From: Eutreptiella sp. 'Long Island Sound 2002' | Taxonomy: Eukaryota; Protista; Euglenida | Assembly (NCBI GenBank): GCA_964036045.1 | Contig: OZ038378.1 | Coordinates: 170,252,001 to 170,316,000, forward strand | DNA length: 64,000 nt | Direction: 5' to 3' | Part shown: positions 1-12,211 of the stretch, piece after piece | Position numbering within the stretch: position 1 is the first letter of the stretch | Layout: each line of letters begins with the position of its first letter | Position numbers and translations under genes: made by a program | Notes under the pieces: generated by a model | Told to the model about the DNA's origin: nothing | The model's input: only the letters and a program-made list of their open reading frames with translations | Database searches by the model: none

Positions 1-2984
1 TTCTCCAAGAAGCGGTCGAGGTTGAGGGGGTTGCCGTCGTACATGGGGGGCTTGATGTCCTTCAAGTCTTCCCACACGGCGGCATCCGCGGCCTTAGAGA
101 CCATGAACGCCGGCCGCGAGGTCGACCGAGGTTCCCATCGGCCTCGCCCACGGACTCCCACGGCCGCCACGTCCATCTCCTCCATGGAATCCCTGTGGCT
201 ACGCCGCGGTTCCTCCACGTACGCTGAACCGAAATGTTCACGCCGTACTGCCTCCATGTACGCATCCTCATCACGGCGCCGGCGGCTGCGTTCAGCGGCC
301 TCCCGTCGTACACCACGCGGCGGGCTGATGTCGAACTCCTCCAGGTCCAGGTCCAGGTCCAGGTCCTCACCTTCACCGACATCCCACTCCACGTCTCCTC
401 TGGGGACCTCATCCCTGAGTCCACCATAACGTCCTCCAGCCCTGGGGATTGGCACCGGGGCTGGTGGCGGGCGTCGGGGGCGTACAGGCGTCCGCGGTGG
501 AGCACGGCGGTTGTGGTAGTCCGCGCTGAGCCACTCATCGCGCCATTCCTCACTGCCACTGCCGGGCGGCACGCGCTCGTTGCGGCGGCCCGCGCTGTGG
601 TGAGAGGGGGCGGAGAGAGAGGGGGCACTGGCGCTGGGGCGACTCCTGGGGGCTCCGCCGGGGGCGTGGGGTCTGCCTGGACCTGGTCCGGGTCCCCAGC
701 CGTCGTCCGACGAGCCAGACTCCAGGGGTGGGTGGTCGCTGCCGACCCTCCCACGGGCTTCCAGCGCATCCAGCCTCTCCTGCAGGCCGCTGACGACGTT
801 GGTCAGCGACTTGGTCTCGGCCCTGGCGATGTCCAGGTCCTTCTGCGCGCGCGCGGCGACCCCGGAGATGCGAGCCATCTCGACCTTGCCCGTGTCTACC
901 TCGCACTCAAGGGCAAAGACCCTCCTGCGGAGGTAGACAATCCACCGCCAGGTGGTATCCGGGTCGCTGTTCCCTGGTGGGTCGTCGGGGTCCCCAGGGG
1001 GTCCTCCAGGAGGGCCTCCGCCGGGTCCGCCCGGTCCAGGGGGTCCTCCCCCGCCCGGTGGTCCGCCTCCAGGGGGTCCACTTGGTGGGCGTCCTCCAGG
1101 GGGTCCTGATGGTCCTCCGCCAGGGGGTCCCGGTGGGTCTCCGCCGGGTCGCCTCGGTGGGTCCGAGGATGGGCGCTTCCTCGTGATGCCGAACTCCATG
1201 TCGTCATCCTCGTCCATGTCGCCCCACCTGGGCGTCTCGGTCACGGAGGACTCCGAGCTCCGGTAGGGAGGAGGGGGATCCTCATCCTCACCTTCCATGG
1301 GGACGTCTCCGCCACCTCCGCCCGTCCAAGCCACCACTTGGCGATGTCGACGGCCTCGTTCATCCCCGTCACTGGCGGTGAAGAAGGGGTCACTGTCGTG
1401 GGGGTGCCCACCCGCTGGCCTCCGCGGCCTCTCGGGGGTCTTCCCCTTGCCCTTCCTCCGTCGACGGGCGGTGGTGCTACCGCTCCCACTGCTGCCCGTG
1501 TCCGCCTATTCCAGCTTCATCCTGGAGGAGGCGTCCCCTTCGAAAAGCCTTCGAAGGGTCTCCACCCGCGATCCTCCCGGGGGAGTCTCGTGGCGGAGTT
1601 TGGCCTCTGCCTCCTCCATTGCGGCGGCGGTGGCTGCGGCAGCTCGCGCTTCGGCCTCTTCCCAAGCACGAGCCGCCTCGGCTTCCCGGGCCTGCAGCAG
1701 CTGCGCCTTCTGCGCCTCCAACGCCGCCAGCTCCGCCTCCGTCTTGGCCTTCTCCTCAGCGACCTTCCGTCGCGCGGCCTCGATGGCTTCCTTCTTGGCG
1801 GCATCCTCATGGGCCTTGGCCGTCGCTTCGGCGTGGGCCCTTTCCTCCGCCTCCTTCTTTGCCCTCTCTTGGGCAAGCGCCTCCCCCAGCGCCTTCACCT
1901 CGGCCTCCTTGCAGGCAATGGCCTCCTGCGTCAGGCGGGCTTCCTCGTCGGCTGCCGCCAACTCACCGTTGACCTGGGCAGTCGCTGCCCCGTGGGCGGC
2001 CACGGCCGAGAGTCCGGCCGCAGTGGCCGCCACGGTCTGGGCGTGGATGGCCATGCCATGCGCCCACTGCGCAGCCTCCTCCTGGGCGATGCCGGTGGCG
2101 CCCTCCACGGCAGCGCTGTACTGCCGGGCCCGTTGCCGGGCAACCCGACGGTTGCAGGGCACCCCACAGGCGCGCTCACAGGCGCGCGCCACGTCCCTTT
2201 CGGGAGCGACGCTGCTGCTGGAGCTGGCCTGGTCGGCCGGCATCCTCCCGCGGTGGGCCGACTCCACGTCGCTGCTGGGGCCTGCTGGGGCCTGCCGGGC
2301 CCTCAGGAGCAGCGGACGGGGTTTGGCCTGGGTCTGCTTGGCGACTTGGATGTAGTCGCCAAGGGTGGTGGAGCCGGGGTGGTGTCCACCATTGGGCCGT
2401 TGGGGACTGGGGGCTGGGGTTCCGCCCTTGGCGCCTTGGGCGGCTTCGGCAGCCAGGGACTCCTGGTACTCCCGCCACCTCCGGTCCCTCTTCTTGTCCC
2501 CGGCGGACCGCTTCTCCTTCCCCGGAGACGCGCTGCTGCTGCCCTGCAGCCTGCGCTCGCTCCCCGGTTCCGGGAAGTTCTTCTCGATCACGTCCCACAG
2601 GGAGACGTTGATCGAGGCGCCCGACGGGTAGGCGTTGGGCTCCTCGTCCTCCTCAATCCCGTCGGGACGCAGGCCTTCGCCGGGCCTGTCCGGCCGGGTC
2701 CACGTCCTCCAGCGCCTCTGCTGGTGGCGGTACTCGTACCCCTCCGCCCGCAGCCAGTCCTCCACGGCCTGCAGGCGGTCGGGGGCGATGTCCGTGCGGA
2801 GCTCGAAGCTCCGGGGCATGCCGCCTTCGCACTGGGGGTTGCTGTGGCGGTAGTGCTGGTCCCAAACCAACCCACGCAGCAGGCGTGCTGCATGGGGGTG
2901 GGGCCGCGGCCACGTCCTGCCCGCTTCCTGCCAATTCACCATGGCAGCGGGGGCGTACTTGGTCTTGAAGTCCTTGATGTGCAC
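1..2984 (-). mobile_element. gag: Ty3/Gypsy-like LTR retrotransposon gag region (>=994 codons, runs off the left edge; one in-frame TAG at 1506-1508)
   Basis: ORF 1506..2984 continues in the same frame past a single TAG to position 1. It encodes an Ala/Glu/Lys coiled coil, a Gly/Pro-rich segment and, at the edge, VWEDLKDIKPPMYDGNPLNLDRFLE, which matches the P-x-F/Y-D-G...L-x-x-F-L start of retrotransposon gag capsid domains. pol and the 3' LTR would lie outside the window. Confidence 0.72.
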
Positions 2985-3239
2985 TCGTTCAACTCAACGA
3001 ACTGGTTGTGGTTGTTGAGGAGGGTGCTGCAGCACTGGATTGGAAGTGCGGCTGGTGCTGGTCAGCCGGTGGTTATGGAGGTGGTTGACGCGGCCTTGCT
3101 GGTCGGCCGATGGGACTCCGGGTCGGCCGATGGGGCTGATGCAGGAGTCCTGGTCTGTGCACCTCTTTCACGGTTGCTGCGCGGTCAGGGCGAAGCGCTG
3201 GACGGCGCTGCGGGCTCTGTGACGAACTCGGCGCTGTCG

Positions 3240-3330
3240 CTGAGTGGCGCTGCGAGCCGCTGCGCTGCGCTGCGAGACGCTGCGCTGCGCTGCGAGGTGC
3301 GAGCTGCGCCGCGCTGCTGCGACGCGCTGC
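3240..3330. repeat. Short GCTGC/GCGCTGC tandem repeats upstream of gag
   Basis: gcgctgcgagccgctgcgctgcgctgcgagacgctgcgctgcgctgcgag, read directly. Confidence 0.75.
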
Positions 3331-5613
3331 TCGGGGTTGGTGGCCCCGAGTGGCACGCGAGGGTTGGGTAACCCCGCGGCGGTGAAACGCTTTTGACGCG
3401 TTCCCGTGGGGGGCCGGCCACGGGACGCTGCGGTGGCACGCACAGGTGAGCAGGCAGGCAAGGCACTACGCTCACAAGGGCATCAATACGCCTGTGTCAT
3501 GTGACAAAGCGTTTCAGAATCCTTGCCACTCTGCAAAGAGGGAACGAAAGTATGTACAGCAACACAGCAGGATATGTACACATGGGGTTAAGACTGGACT
3601 GGGGTAAGGGCATCAAGGGACAATAGACACTCAGTCCCGACTCATATCCCAATCCCAGGTCCGACCCTCTCAGTGGCTGATGGGGGCGGGGGCTCAAACA
3701 CAACCCATGCCCTGCTCAGTCCGGACCCTGAAACCCTGCCAATGGGAGAGGTGTCCCGCACAGCCACAGGCGAGTTCCTGGGAACCAATGGGCTCCAAGG
3801 CCAACCGACAGTGGCTCCTTATGCTCCCTTAACGGCAGGTCCCAACTCCTCTCTGAGCCAGAGATATGGCCCCGCCATTATCACCCAGGAGTTGGTAGCT
3901 GAAATTGGGCTGTATCAGCCCAAACTGAAATTAACTCAAAAATCCCCAAAATTGACCCCTCGTCCGGACCCGCCAGAGGTAGGGACGAGGCAACTGACCC
4001 GATGCCCTTCGAGTACAAACTCCCTGGAGCCCTCACCCAACCTGGTTCCCTCTGAGGTCCCGGCATCAGGGCAACACGGATGAGTCAAGTGGGGCCATGA
4101 TGCCAAAATCACCAAAATTGGCGTCATTCCCACGCGTGGCTCGCCCGGCCAAGGTAAGGCCAATGGCTCACAGGGTAGGAGGCAGGACCTAGGACTTATA
4201 TCTGAGTGTACAACTTGGATTTAGGTCCGGGATCCCTATGGGCTTAGAGAAATGGGGCCGCCAATTGACCACACGGAAGGGGGAAATTGGGGTCCCAAAA
4301 TTGGGTCATTTTGGCTGCTTGAAATGAGCCAAAATTCGGTGTGCTCCCAATAGTATATCTCCACGCCGGCTTGGAGATCGGATCCGCCATTCCATACGCG
4401 ATCCACCGGGAGTCCAATGGAGACTCCCATGCTCTTGGCTCTCAAAGATCTCCATGCCACTCGGCGTGGTGACGATCCCAATTGGGTCCACAAATGCAAA
4501 AATGGCAAAATTGCCCATACTCAATTTGGCCTAGCGCCTTAACGAAGGCGGCTCCGCTTCGCCCACGTGGTGTGTGGACCATGGGGACCATTACCCATAA
4601 CACCCATGTCATATATGGTCCATTGGTCCATGCGTCCGGCGTGCACGAGGGTTAGAACATAGTGCACGGCGGGCAGCAAAAGTGGAAATATGCTCAAAAT
4701 GGCCAAAAATGCGCACACTCATGGTTGGGGCAAATGAGGCACATGCCCGACTTGGACCGGAGTGTGCCATAGGATTGATATCAAGTCATATGTGTCCAAC
4801 ATATCTTTGGGGCGTCGCCCAACTCCTCCGGTATTGGGAATGGCAGGGTCGCCAAGTGAGCCCATGATTTGGGATAGTCCCAAATCGCCAACATGGCGGC
4901 CACGGTATGCCAAGCCTAAGAGGAGTTATTCGCCGGGTCCAAGATATGTTGGCTACCGAAGTATGTACCCTCATAACATACTTGGGTCATGATGTCAATT
5001 GAGCGCAACGTTGAGATACACGGTCGCCACTTGACATCATGACGAGCCAAAAATAGCAAAATTGGCAAAAAGACACACAAAGGTGCCTTGAAAGGCGCAC
5101 AAATATATTATAATATCTTCGCCTTGGATTGGGTAATCAACTAATCCTTCTATACACAATGACTTGACACCAATGACCTTCGATCCCACATATGTGCTCC
5201 ACTTGGGGCGCTTTGAAAGGTAACGAGCGCTGCCTTCCAAGTGGGCACATGAAAATATGGAAAATTGCAAAACACACACCTTGCTCCCAACGCATCGCTT
5301 CGGGTTCACCACACAAGCTTCCCTTCACGAAGGTTAGGCTTGCAATTGACCGTAGGGAGTATGGAGAAGGGGCTTGCACAATATGAGGTCCATTGGCGGG
5401 CTTGGCTTGGAGTAATGGACCCGCCAAATGGGCACACAACACAACACATGGCACATACCACATATTGCCCAAAAATGTAGCTCCCACCACGATATGTCAT
5501 GCCCCTCCAAGGGCATATCTTTGTGTCAATCGCTCATAGGAACTCAAGGAGAGTTCCTATGCAACACCAACACTTGCGCGCTACACTCGAAAGTTATCTT
5601 AACGCACGCAATA

Positions 5614-6318
5614 TCATGGCCAATGAGTTGTAACGCAAACTCTACCCTCTTGACCATGATCCATTACACTAGCGCGCACGTGTGGAGACGCAAGGCATAT
5701 AATGCTTCCTAAATTACGTCGGGAGTATTGTGAATACATCCCACGTTTCCTTATCGTCAATACTCGCAAGCAACACGAGATATGACCTTCACAAGTGGCC
5801 TCACGAATCAACTTTGTTTTGCCCATATCTTTAAGACAAATGGAGGGCAGGATAAAAGGGAAGTTGATTCGTGCATACGGAAGCACGTAGGTCCACTCGA
5901 AAGAGGTCAAATCAAGTGCGGGGATGTCGAAGTCGAAAATCCGATTTCGACATCCTGAAAAATTCGGATTAAGGTTGCGAGTATTAATTGTGAAAATTGC
6001 GGAAGCATCCATGCAGTTCCTGGCGACTTTGGAGCCTTCGTGACGGATAGCGTTAAAATTTCCATTATAAACAGTTAAACTGGCGGTTACGGTAAAGTCG
6101 CGAACCAACCGCCAGCAGTCAAAACAGTGAGTATCGGAACGGAAGCGTAAAAATTGACGGAAACAATATGAAAATAAAACCCTGTTGATTCCTGATATTC
6201 TGATACACAAATCTCCGCTGGCGGTGCATCGGTTGCCGATGCGGGGCTTCACGGCACGGAACACGCCGTGCATGGGGTTAGTGGACCGGAGACCGGTTGT
6301 ATGCCGTAACCTGGCCAT
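5614..6318 (-). CDS. 234-aa ORF of unknown nature (possibly TE-derived or spurious)
   Basis: Longest ORF in a non-repetitive, AT-richer stretch; no motif recognised. Confidence 0.2.
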   Translation of the reverse strand: MARLRHTTGLRSTNPMHGVFRAVKPRIGNRCTASGDLCIRISGINRVLFSYCFRQFLRFRSDTHCFDCWRLVRDFTVTASLTVYNGNFNAIRHEGSKVARNCMDASAIFTINTRNLNPNFSGCRNRIFDFDIPALDLTSFEWTYVLPYARINFPFILPSICLKDMGKTKLIREATCEGHISCCLRVLTIRKRGMYSQYSRRNLGSIICLASPHVRASVMDHGQEGRVCVTTHWP

Positions 6319-7050
6319 GGGGTTCTGGGTACCGCTTCACAACAAAGCATGCAAGATCACCAATCCACACACAAACTATCACAGGTGAACCACTTGTTGC
6401 CCTTATTGGGCCTTCATTCATTGCATTCTTGAATTGAATCGTTGGACTTGAACTCATCTAAGAGAGAGCATACACGGCACCGGGAAGGGTAAGGAGGGTA
6501 CCGCTGTCAAGGATACGCAAGGGCTACAAGGGCCTATGTACATAGCTTATAGGGAGGTTGGAGCAGGTGCGCTGGCTGGGTGCAGGCTCGTGCAGGTCAT
6601 TAGCTCCGTGCACGTCGTTGTGGGTGCCCAGGGCCTCACTGCGGCTGCGTCGGGCTGCTCTCGGCTGCTTCTCCTTCCACACACGCCCGACAGTGCGTGG
6701 TTGCCAAGGGGCAACACGTTTTGACTGTCAAAAATTAGAAAAAAAAAGTCGAAAATCAAAAGTTCGGGACGGGTTTTTCTCCAAACTGGTGGACTTCTGG
6801 GGGGAATGGAGGGTACCGCCGTGCTCGGTGGAGCTAGGCGGACACAGCGGTGTGTTCAAAACGCAAAAATAAATTTTGTTTTCGAAAACGTGTACGCAGG
6901 CACCGGACAAGAAAATCAACGGCTCAATCGAAGCAGAATCATCATAGTTTTCATTGTATCAAGTCAAAAAAATTATTGCATCGCATAGTTCAAAGTTAGT
7001 TTTTCATCTGGAGAAAAGACGGCGCACGCGTGATCATTTTGCCGGCGCCT

Positions 7051-7189
7051 GCGAATTCGCAGCGCGAATTCGCCCCGAATTCGCAGTACTAAGAATTTCA
7101 GGCCGAATTCGCAGCGAATTCGCGCTGCGAACGAATTCGCAGCGAATTCGGCGAATTCAAATTGAATTTGCTGCGAATCTGCATCCCTA
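7051..7189. repeat. Cluster of GCGAATTCGC palindromes ending in GCATCCCTA (hAT-like TAGGGATGC terminus on the minus strand)
   Basis: Eight GAATTC cores within ~110 bp; a matching opposite terminus was not found. Confidence 0.8.
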
Positions 7190-7828
7190 CTATGATCCCC
7201 ACTTATCACTGGTGCAACAGCAGCACGCCACGATCCCCTCACCCGGGCCCATGAGTTAGTCACGCCGATCGACCGAAGCGAAGTCCGTCTTCGCGATGCA
7301 AAGCGGCCTCGGCACTGGCCGGGCACGTCCGGGCACAGTCACCCTGAGTCCCCCTGCGTTGAAAGGGGATTGGCAGGGTCCCCACTGCAAAGGGCCCACT
7401 GCCACCGCCTCGCACGCGGTGCCCCTCTTTACCGGCGCCCGCGTACGTTGGTATACGGCGTGAAGCCCGCGGGCAGTGATGTATTAGAAGAGGGGCATCA
7501 ATGGTCAGGTTGCGATGTCTGCATTAGGCTCCGGCTGCACCTGCCCCACAGCTTTCATCGCCCACTGTCCTCGACAGCGCTTCCAGCGCATTCAGTTCTC
7601 TGGCGTGTTCCAGCTCTGTCCCTCCCTGAATGGTTGGGATTGCAATCATCTAGGCTCTATCGGATTAGGCGTACATGCTGGTCAGAGGTCACTTCGTCCC
7701 CAGGCGCTCTGCGAGCTGGCTCCCATTTGGCCTTCCCTGGCTGCGGCTATTTTGTGGTCCTTAGGTTGAAAAACCCAGTGGGTTCAGGCTGCTTGGTTCG
7801 GGGGTCAATTATACACAACCTATAGCAG

Positions 7829-7870
7829 GGGTGGTGGTGGTGGTGGTGGTGGTGGTGGTGGTGGTGGTGG
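7829..7870. repeat. (GGT)n microsatellite
   Basis: About 14 consecutive GGT units. Confidence 0.95.
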
Positions 7871-8191
7871 GTCTGCAGGACTTGCACCTGCACTGGGTTG
7901 GCCGGGAGCATGGCTCGTGACCACCCACCCCACAGTTGACCACCGTGAGTCGTGGAGGGTTGGGACCGGGCACACAAACTTTTCCCTGCCGGCCGAGGCA
8001 GGTTCTGAAAAGCTGTGCGGGTCCCGGTGACAGGGGGCTCAGAGCTCGCTTCTCCCAGTTAAGGCACGTACTCCGGAGGTCTTAACTCCATGTGTGGTTA
8101 CCTTCTCGTGAGATACACGACAAACTGAGTTGTCCCTTGTCACCCCGCTGCCGTGCAGAAAAACTGACCGGCTCGGTGAGGGGGAGCCGCC

Positions 8192-8509
8192 GCATGGCGA
8201 GTCCAGCGACTCCCAAGGGTCGGGGTGCATGTACAGTGCACCTCCGAAAGATACCACCAGCTGGGTCCGATCCGCTGACCCCACGTTTGTACCGCTTACG
8301 CTCTGACCACTGAACTAAACGGGCTTTGTGAGGGGGTGTCGCCGCATTGCAAGTCAGATGACTCCCAGGGGTCGAGTGCACCTTGAGGGAGTGACGCTGC
8401 ATGGCGAGCCCGATGACTCCCAAAGGTCGTGTACACCTCTGATTGTGGCTTGAAATGGCTGGGGGAGGGAGAGCCACTGCATGGCGAGTCTGGCGACTCC
8501 CAAGGGTCG
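8192..8509. repeat. Four dispersed copies of a 31-bp motif GCATGGCGAGYCYRRYGACTCCCAARGGTCG inside the hAT-like element
   Basis: Copies start at ~8192, 8344, 8399 and 8479. Confidence 0.8.
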
Positions 8510-10302
8510 GAGTGCACCTTCAGCGGCTGCCACCAGCTGGGATCGATCCACCAACCCCTCACTTGTACATCTGGTGCCTGGTAACCGGCCCGACCGGAGG
8601 AACAGGGGTCGTTTCCTCCTGTCATGAGGTGGTGGTCGTGTGGCCCTGTCCTCACACCCTGCCCTCACCTGCTCTCGCAGCGGCCTGTGGGCGTTTCAGG
8701 GGTGAGCCACACCCTCGCAACGCACCCAACTGCCACACCCTGCCTGCACCGCGCGGTGCCCGGGTGCTCCTAGTGGGGGCCTCGGTCCCCACCCGTGCCC
8801 CGCCGCCCGGGGGGGGACACGCCCGGCCGCTGCCTGGAGGATAGCAGGGGGGGGGGGGGTCGTGTTCTGCTTGCTGGGAGGTTTGTCGGGGTGCTTGCAT
8901 AAACGGCTGGACTCAGAAGACTTAGAAGAGGGGGAGGGGGGGGGTGTCTGAGGGCAGAAGGGCTGTTTGGCTGGGACCCCAGTCCTCCTGGTGTTCCCCA
9001 AGGCAGATGGCGCCGAAGGCGCTGAAGCCAAATTTTTGTGGTTGTCATTGTTTATTGGTGTGCAATGTCCAGTCAGCCCCAAACCCTGGAGGAGGAGGGG
9101 GGGGTCAGGGGGGGGTATGGTGTACGGCCCTTCTAATACATCACTGCCCACGGGACGCCCCCGCCAGGGGCTTCGCAAGCCTCACTGGTGGAGGGGGGGG
9201 GGGAGCGCAGTGCAGACCGGTAGTGGCAGAGACCGGTGAGCAGGCCCGTCCTCGAGGACCGCGGCAGAACGCCCTTCGGTGCACTGCAGGACACTGGAAC
9301 CTCAAGCTGGTGCTCGCCCACAGGGTGACTGCCGGGTACCGGCCGACTGGCGATCAACCGACCGTCACTGGCACGCAGTCCCGCCATCAACCGCCATCAA
9401 AAACTGTCCCATGCCCTACAAGCCAGCCCTGCGGTGGAGGATCAAGCCCTCCACGGGGGCGTTGCTGCACAGCGCGCGCACAGCCCCCAGTCGTAAGTCA
9501 GTGTTCCCCTGACCACCCCCCGAAAACCACTCATTACCAGCGGAAGGATATGTCCACAGGGCAACAACAGCGGATTCAGAAGGCACTCTGGCATTTTCAG
9601 TGTGCAACGTGGGTTGTTCTGTTCATTATCTGAGTCTTTGGATTGAGTAAGCATCTGTGGGGTCCCGTGGATGGGAACACAGTAGTTACCGCAGTCACCT
9701 TGGCCATCGGCTACTTTCTGCACAGCGTGGGCACAGCACGCGCACGCGCCCCATGACGGACCCCATACCCCCTGCGCAGACTCCAAGAGCACTCCTTACC
9801 AAGTGAATTGGGACTGCAAAGCGGAGCCACTGGTAACCAATCAGAACTCTGCGGGGGCCCGGGCACAAGACCTCTCCCAAGTCCCAGAAAGCCCCAGAGA
9901 CCACGACGGCCGCTGCGGGGCCATGCACTTGGGGCATGAGACGGGGCGCGCGACCCCTGTAATGAGAGAGACGTGGTGCTGGGGGTTGTGGCCCGGCTCG
10001 ACTTCAGGTCAAGGCTATGTTCCCCTGCCCCCCCCCCCCCCCCCGAACACCCCGGGTCAGAGTTAGACATGGAATGATCATGTAGGTGCTGCGGATGGGA
10101 CGGTCCGGCACACGCAGTTGACCGTAGACTAGACTTTCCACTAGCGTCCGCCAAGCTAGACACAACCGCACGGAGCTGGACCCGACTGGGGCATGCATTG
10201 CAGCAGGTTCCTGATGACGTCTGGACGTGGGTGGGGCGAATGCTACTGAGTGGCACAGTGTATAGGGGTGATTCCTAACGAGATCCGGAATCCCTGCAAG
10301 AA

Positions 10303-10343
10303 GTTAGTCAGTTAGTAGTTAGTTAGAAGTTAGAAGTTAGAAG
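10303..10343 (+). repeat. (AGTTAG/AGTTAGA)n short tandem tract, possibly the 3' tail of a decayed retroelement
   Basis: agttagtcagttagtagttagttagaagttagaagttagaag; the tail interpretation is inference. Confidence 0.6.
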
Positions 10344-10879
10344 CATGCCCGCGGTAGACTGTCTCGGGCGGTGGCGTGCTCAACCGAGCAACGCGGGGCA
10401 GGGGTGGGGGCGGGGGCAGGACGGGGAGAAGGGGGGGGCACAGGGGGTTTGGGCTGTGAAGGTACACCAATGCAGATCGCTGGCACGATCCCTTGGTGAA
10501 CAGCCATGCCCCGGAGCCGGGGCTTGCAGGGCCCAAGGGTATGGGTCAGGGGCCCCGAGCCCATCGTTCCGTTGATGCGGCTTCCGCATTGGGGAGCCCG
10601 CGACCAGTCCTTTGAGGAGGAGCTGGGCACACGGCGCAGTCGGGCAAACGGCCGGAGCGACACCCTCAGCCCACGGCAATAGAGGCCCAACGGCCCGCAG
10701 AACGGCCACGGCAAAGGCGGCGACATGCGGCAAAAGGTGCCGCACTTCCGCGTTCACGGGCCAGGCCACACGCCCTCCCGCGCTCTCCTACAGCCCAACT
10801 GGCCCTCGAGGGGCTGCGGTGGCACACAGCCCACTCACACTCCCCTCTGGACTCACCCGCGTCGACGCACGGGCAGATA

Positions 10880-10950
10880 GCGCGGAGTAGGCGTGAGTAG
10901 ACGCGGAGTCGACGCGAGTAGAAGCGGAGTAGACACGAGTAGACGCGGAG
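10880..10950. repeat. Degenerate GAGTAGACGCG(G) tandem repeats
   Basis: About six units of 9-11 bp, read directly. Confidence 0.7.
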
Positions 10951-12068
10951 CAGATCCTGAAGAATCACTATAATGTCACGCCTCCAAACAGAGAACGGCG
11001 GGCGAAATGGAGAAGAGGGTGAATGAAAGGGAGGTGTAAGATCTCCAGTGAGATGCAGCAACCAAGACTGGCACCACTCGACAAATCCGCCTGCAACAAC
11101 CCAAACCAACTCAGTCACCCTGAACCCCCCCTTTATTAGACTTGACCTTGAGAGCGCGGGTCGGGCACGGACTCCATGAGCTGAAAAGCTGTCAGTGGGG
11201 GAAATCAAGAGCAACAGGGAAAGCCACAATGCACATCCACAACCACATCCCCACATCCAGCACAAATAGACTTTTCATGTCAGCGTAGATATACAGTGTG
11301 CATGGAGCCACCCAGCCTAGGGGGCGGGGACCGGGGGGGGGGGGGGGCTGTAAAGTGGCGGCGGCGGCAGCAGCAACAGTGGTGGGCACCCAAATCCATC
11401 GGCAAAGTGCGACCTGCTGCTTGCCAGACTATCCGTCAGCCACTCAGTCACTCACAAAACCCACCAAAAATCTGCCAAGCTTCCTGAGCAATGAAGCACC
11501 AGCAAAATCAAGCAAGGGACTGTAGGACGAACCCCCGAACCACACACTTTGGGACGCAAAGCACACGTGCATGCAGGGTCATGGATCGCCCTGGGACTGT
11601 ACCTCGGCCTCGGGCATCCCGCACTGGAATCGGCTGCATCGAAGCAAACAGGAGCCCTTTCTCGCAAGGGGAAGTCACATCTGCGGGGACGGGCATCCCA
11701 CGCCATCGTTCGGAATACCACACGCAATCCACATCGCAAGCGGAGTCCGTGGACCACCGCTTCCCGGCGCGCCTTCCGTTGGCCATGAGGTAACATTTGG
11801 TAAATGTCGGGTAGCGGTGCGTCAACCATCAGAGCCGTCGACTGGACTCAGGCGAATGCTCTGGGACCAGGCCATTGCTTAGGGACCCTTAGTTACTTAT
11901 CTGTTTGGGGCCCTGGCCGACCCATCCCCCCACCCACATCAGCAAAATTGTCCTCGGGCAAAAAATGAAATTTATTAAAGGGGCCGGAAATTTGAGGCCG
12001 ATTTTAGGGACACGAACTGTTTTTTTTTCCTCTGACCCACCTATCCCCCCTCCGCCGGGGCGGGGGGG

Positions 12069-12130
12069 GGGGGTTGGCACGAGGCCATGGTGCTGGTTTG
12101 TTTGCTGTTGGCGGCGTCTATTGGCCTCTC
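12069..12130 (+). repeat. Dispersed G-run-associated repeat family (other copies ~51075-51125 and ~54869-54935)
   Basis: Shared GGGGTTGGCAC..GGCCATGGT...TGGCGGCG[CT]CTATTGGCC core after a poly-G run in all three places. Confidence 0.7.
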
Positions 12131-12211
12131 CGCCACCCCGCCACGGGGGGGGGGGGGTGTTTTGCGCAATGACCAATACCAATGGCCTGTCTGGAAGCAG
12201 TTGGGCCGTCA

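Larger units (their letters stand above)
7474..9146. mobile_element. hAT-like non-autonomous DNA transposon (1.67 kb)
   Basis: Perfect 17-bp terminal inverted repeats (TIRs) CAGTGATGTATTAGAAG (7474) / CTTCTAATACATCACTG (ends 9146), flanked by 8-bp target-site duplication (TSD) CCCGCGGG / CCCACGGG (7/8). No transposase inside. Confidence 0.75.

Noticed and set aside
234-3371. Plus-strand ORFs of 291, 352 and 677 aa
   Set aside because: Antisense to the GC-rich gag frame.
8192-8509. Four 31-bp repeats as a CRISPR array
   Set aside because: Degenerate, irregular spacing, internal to a hAT-like element.
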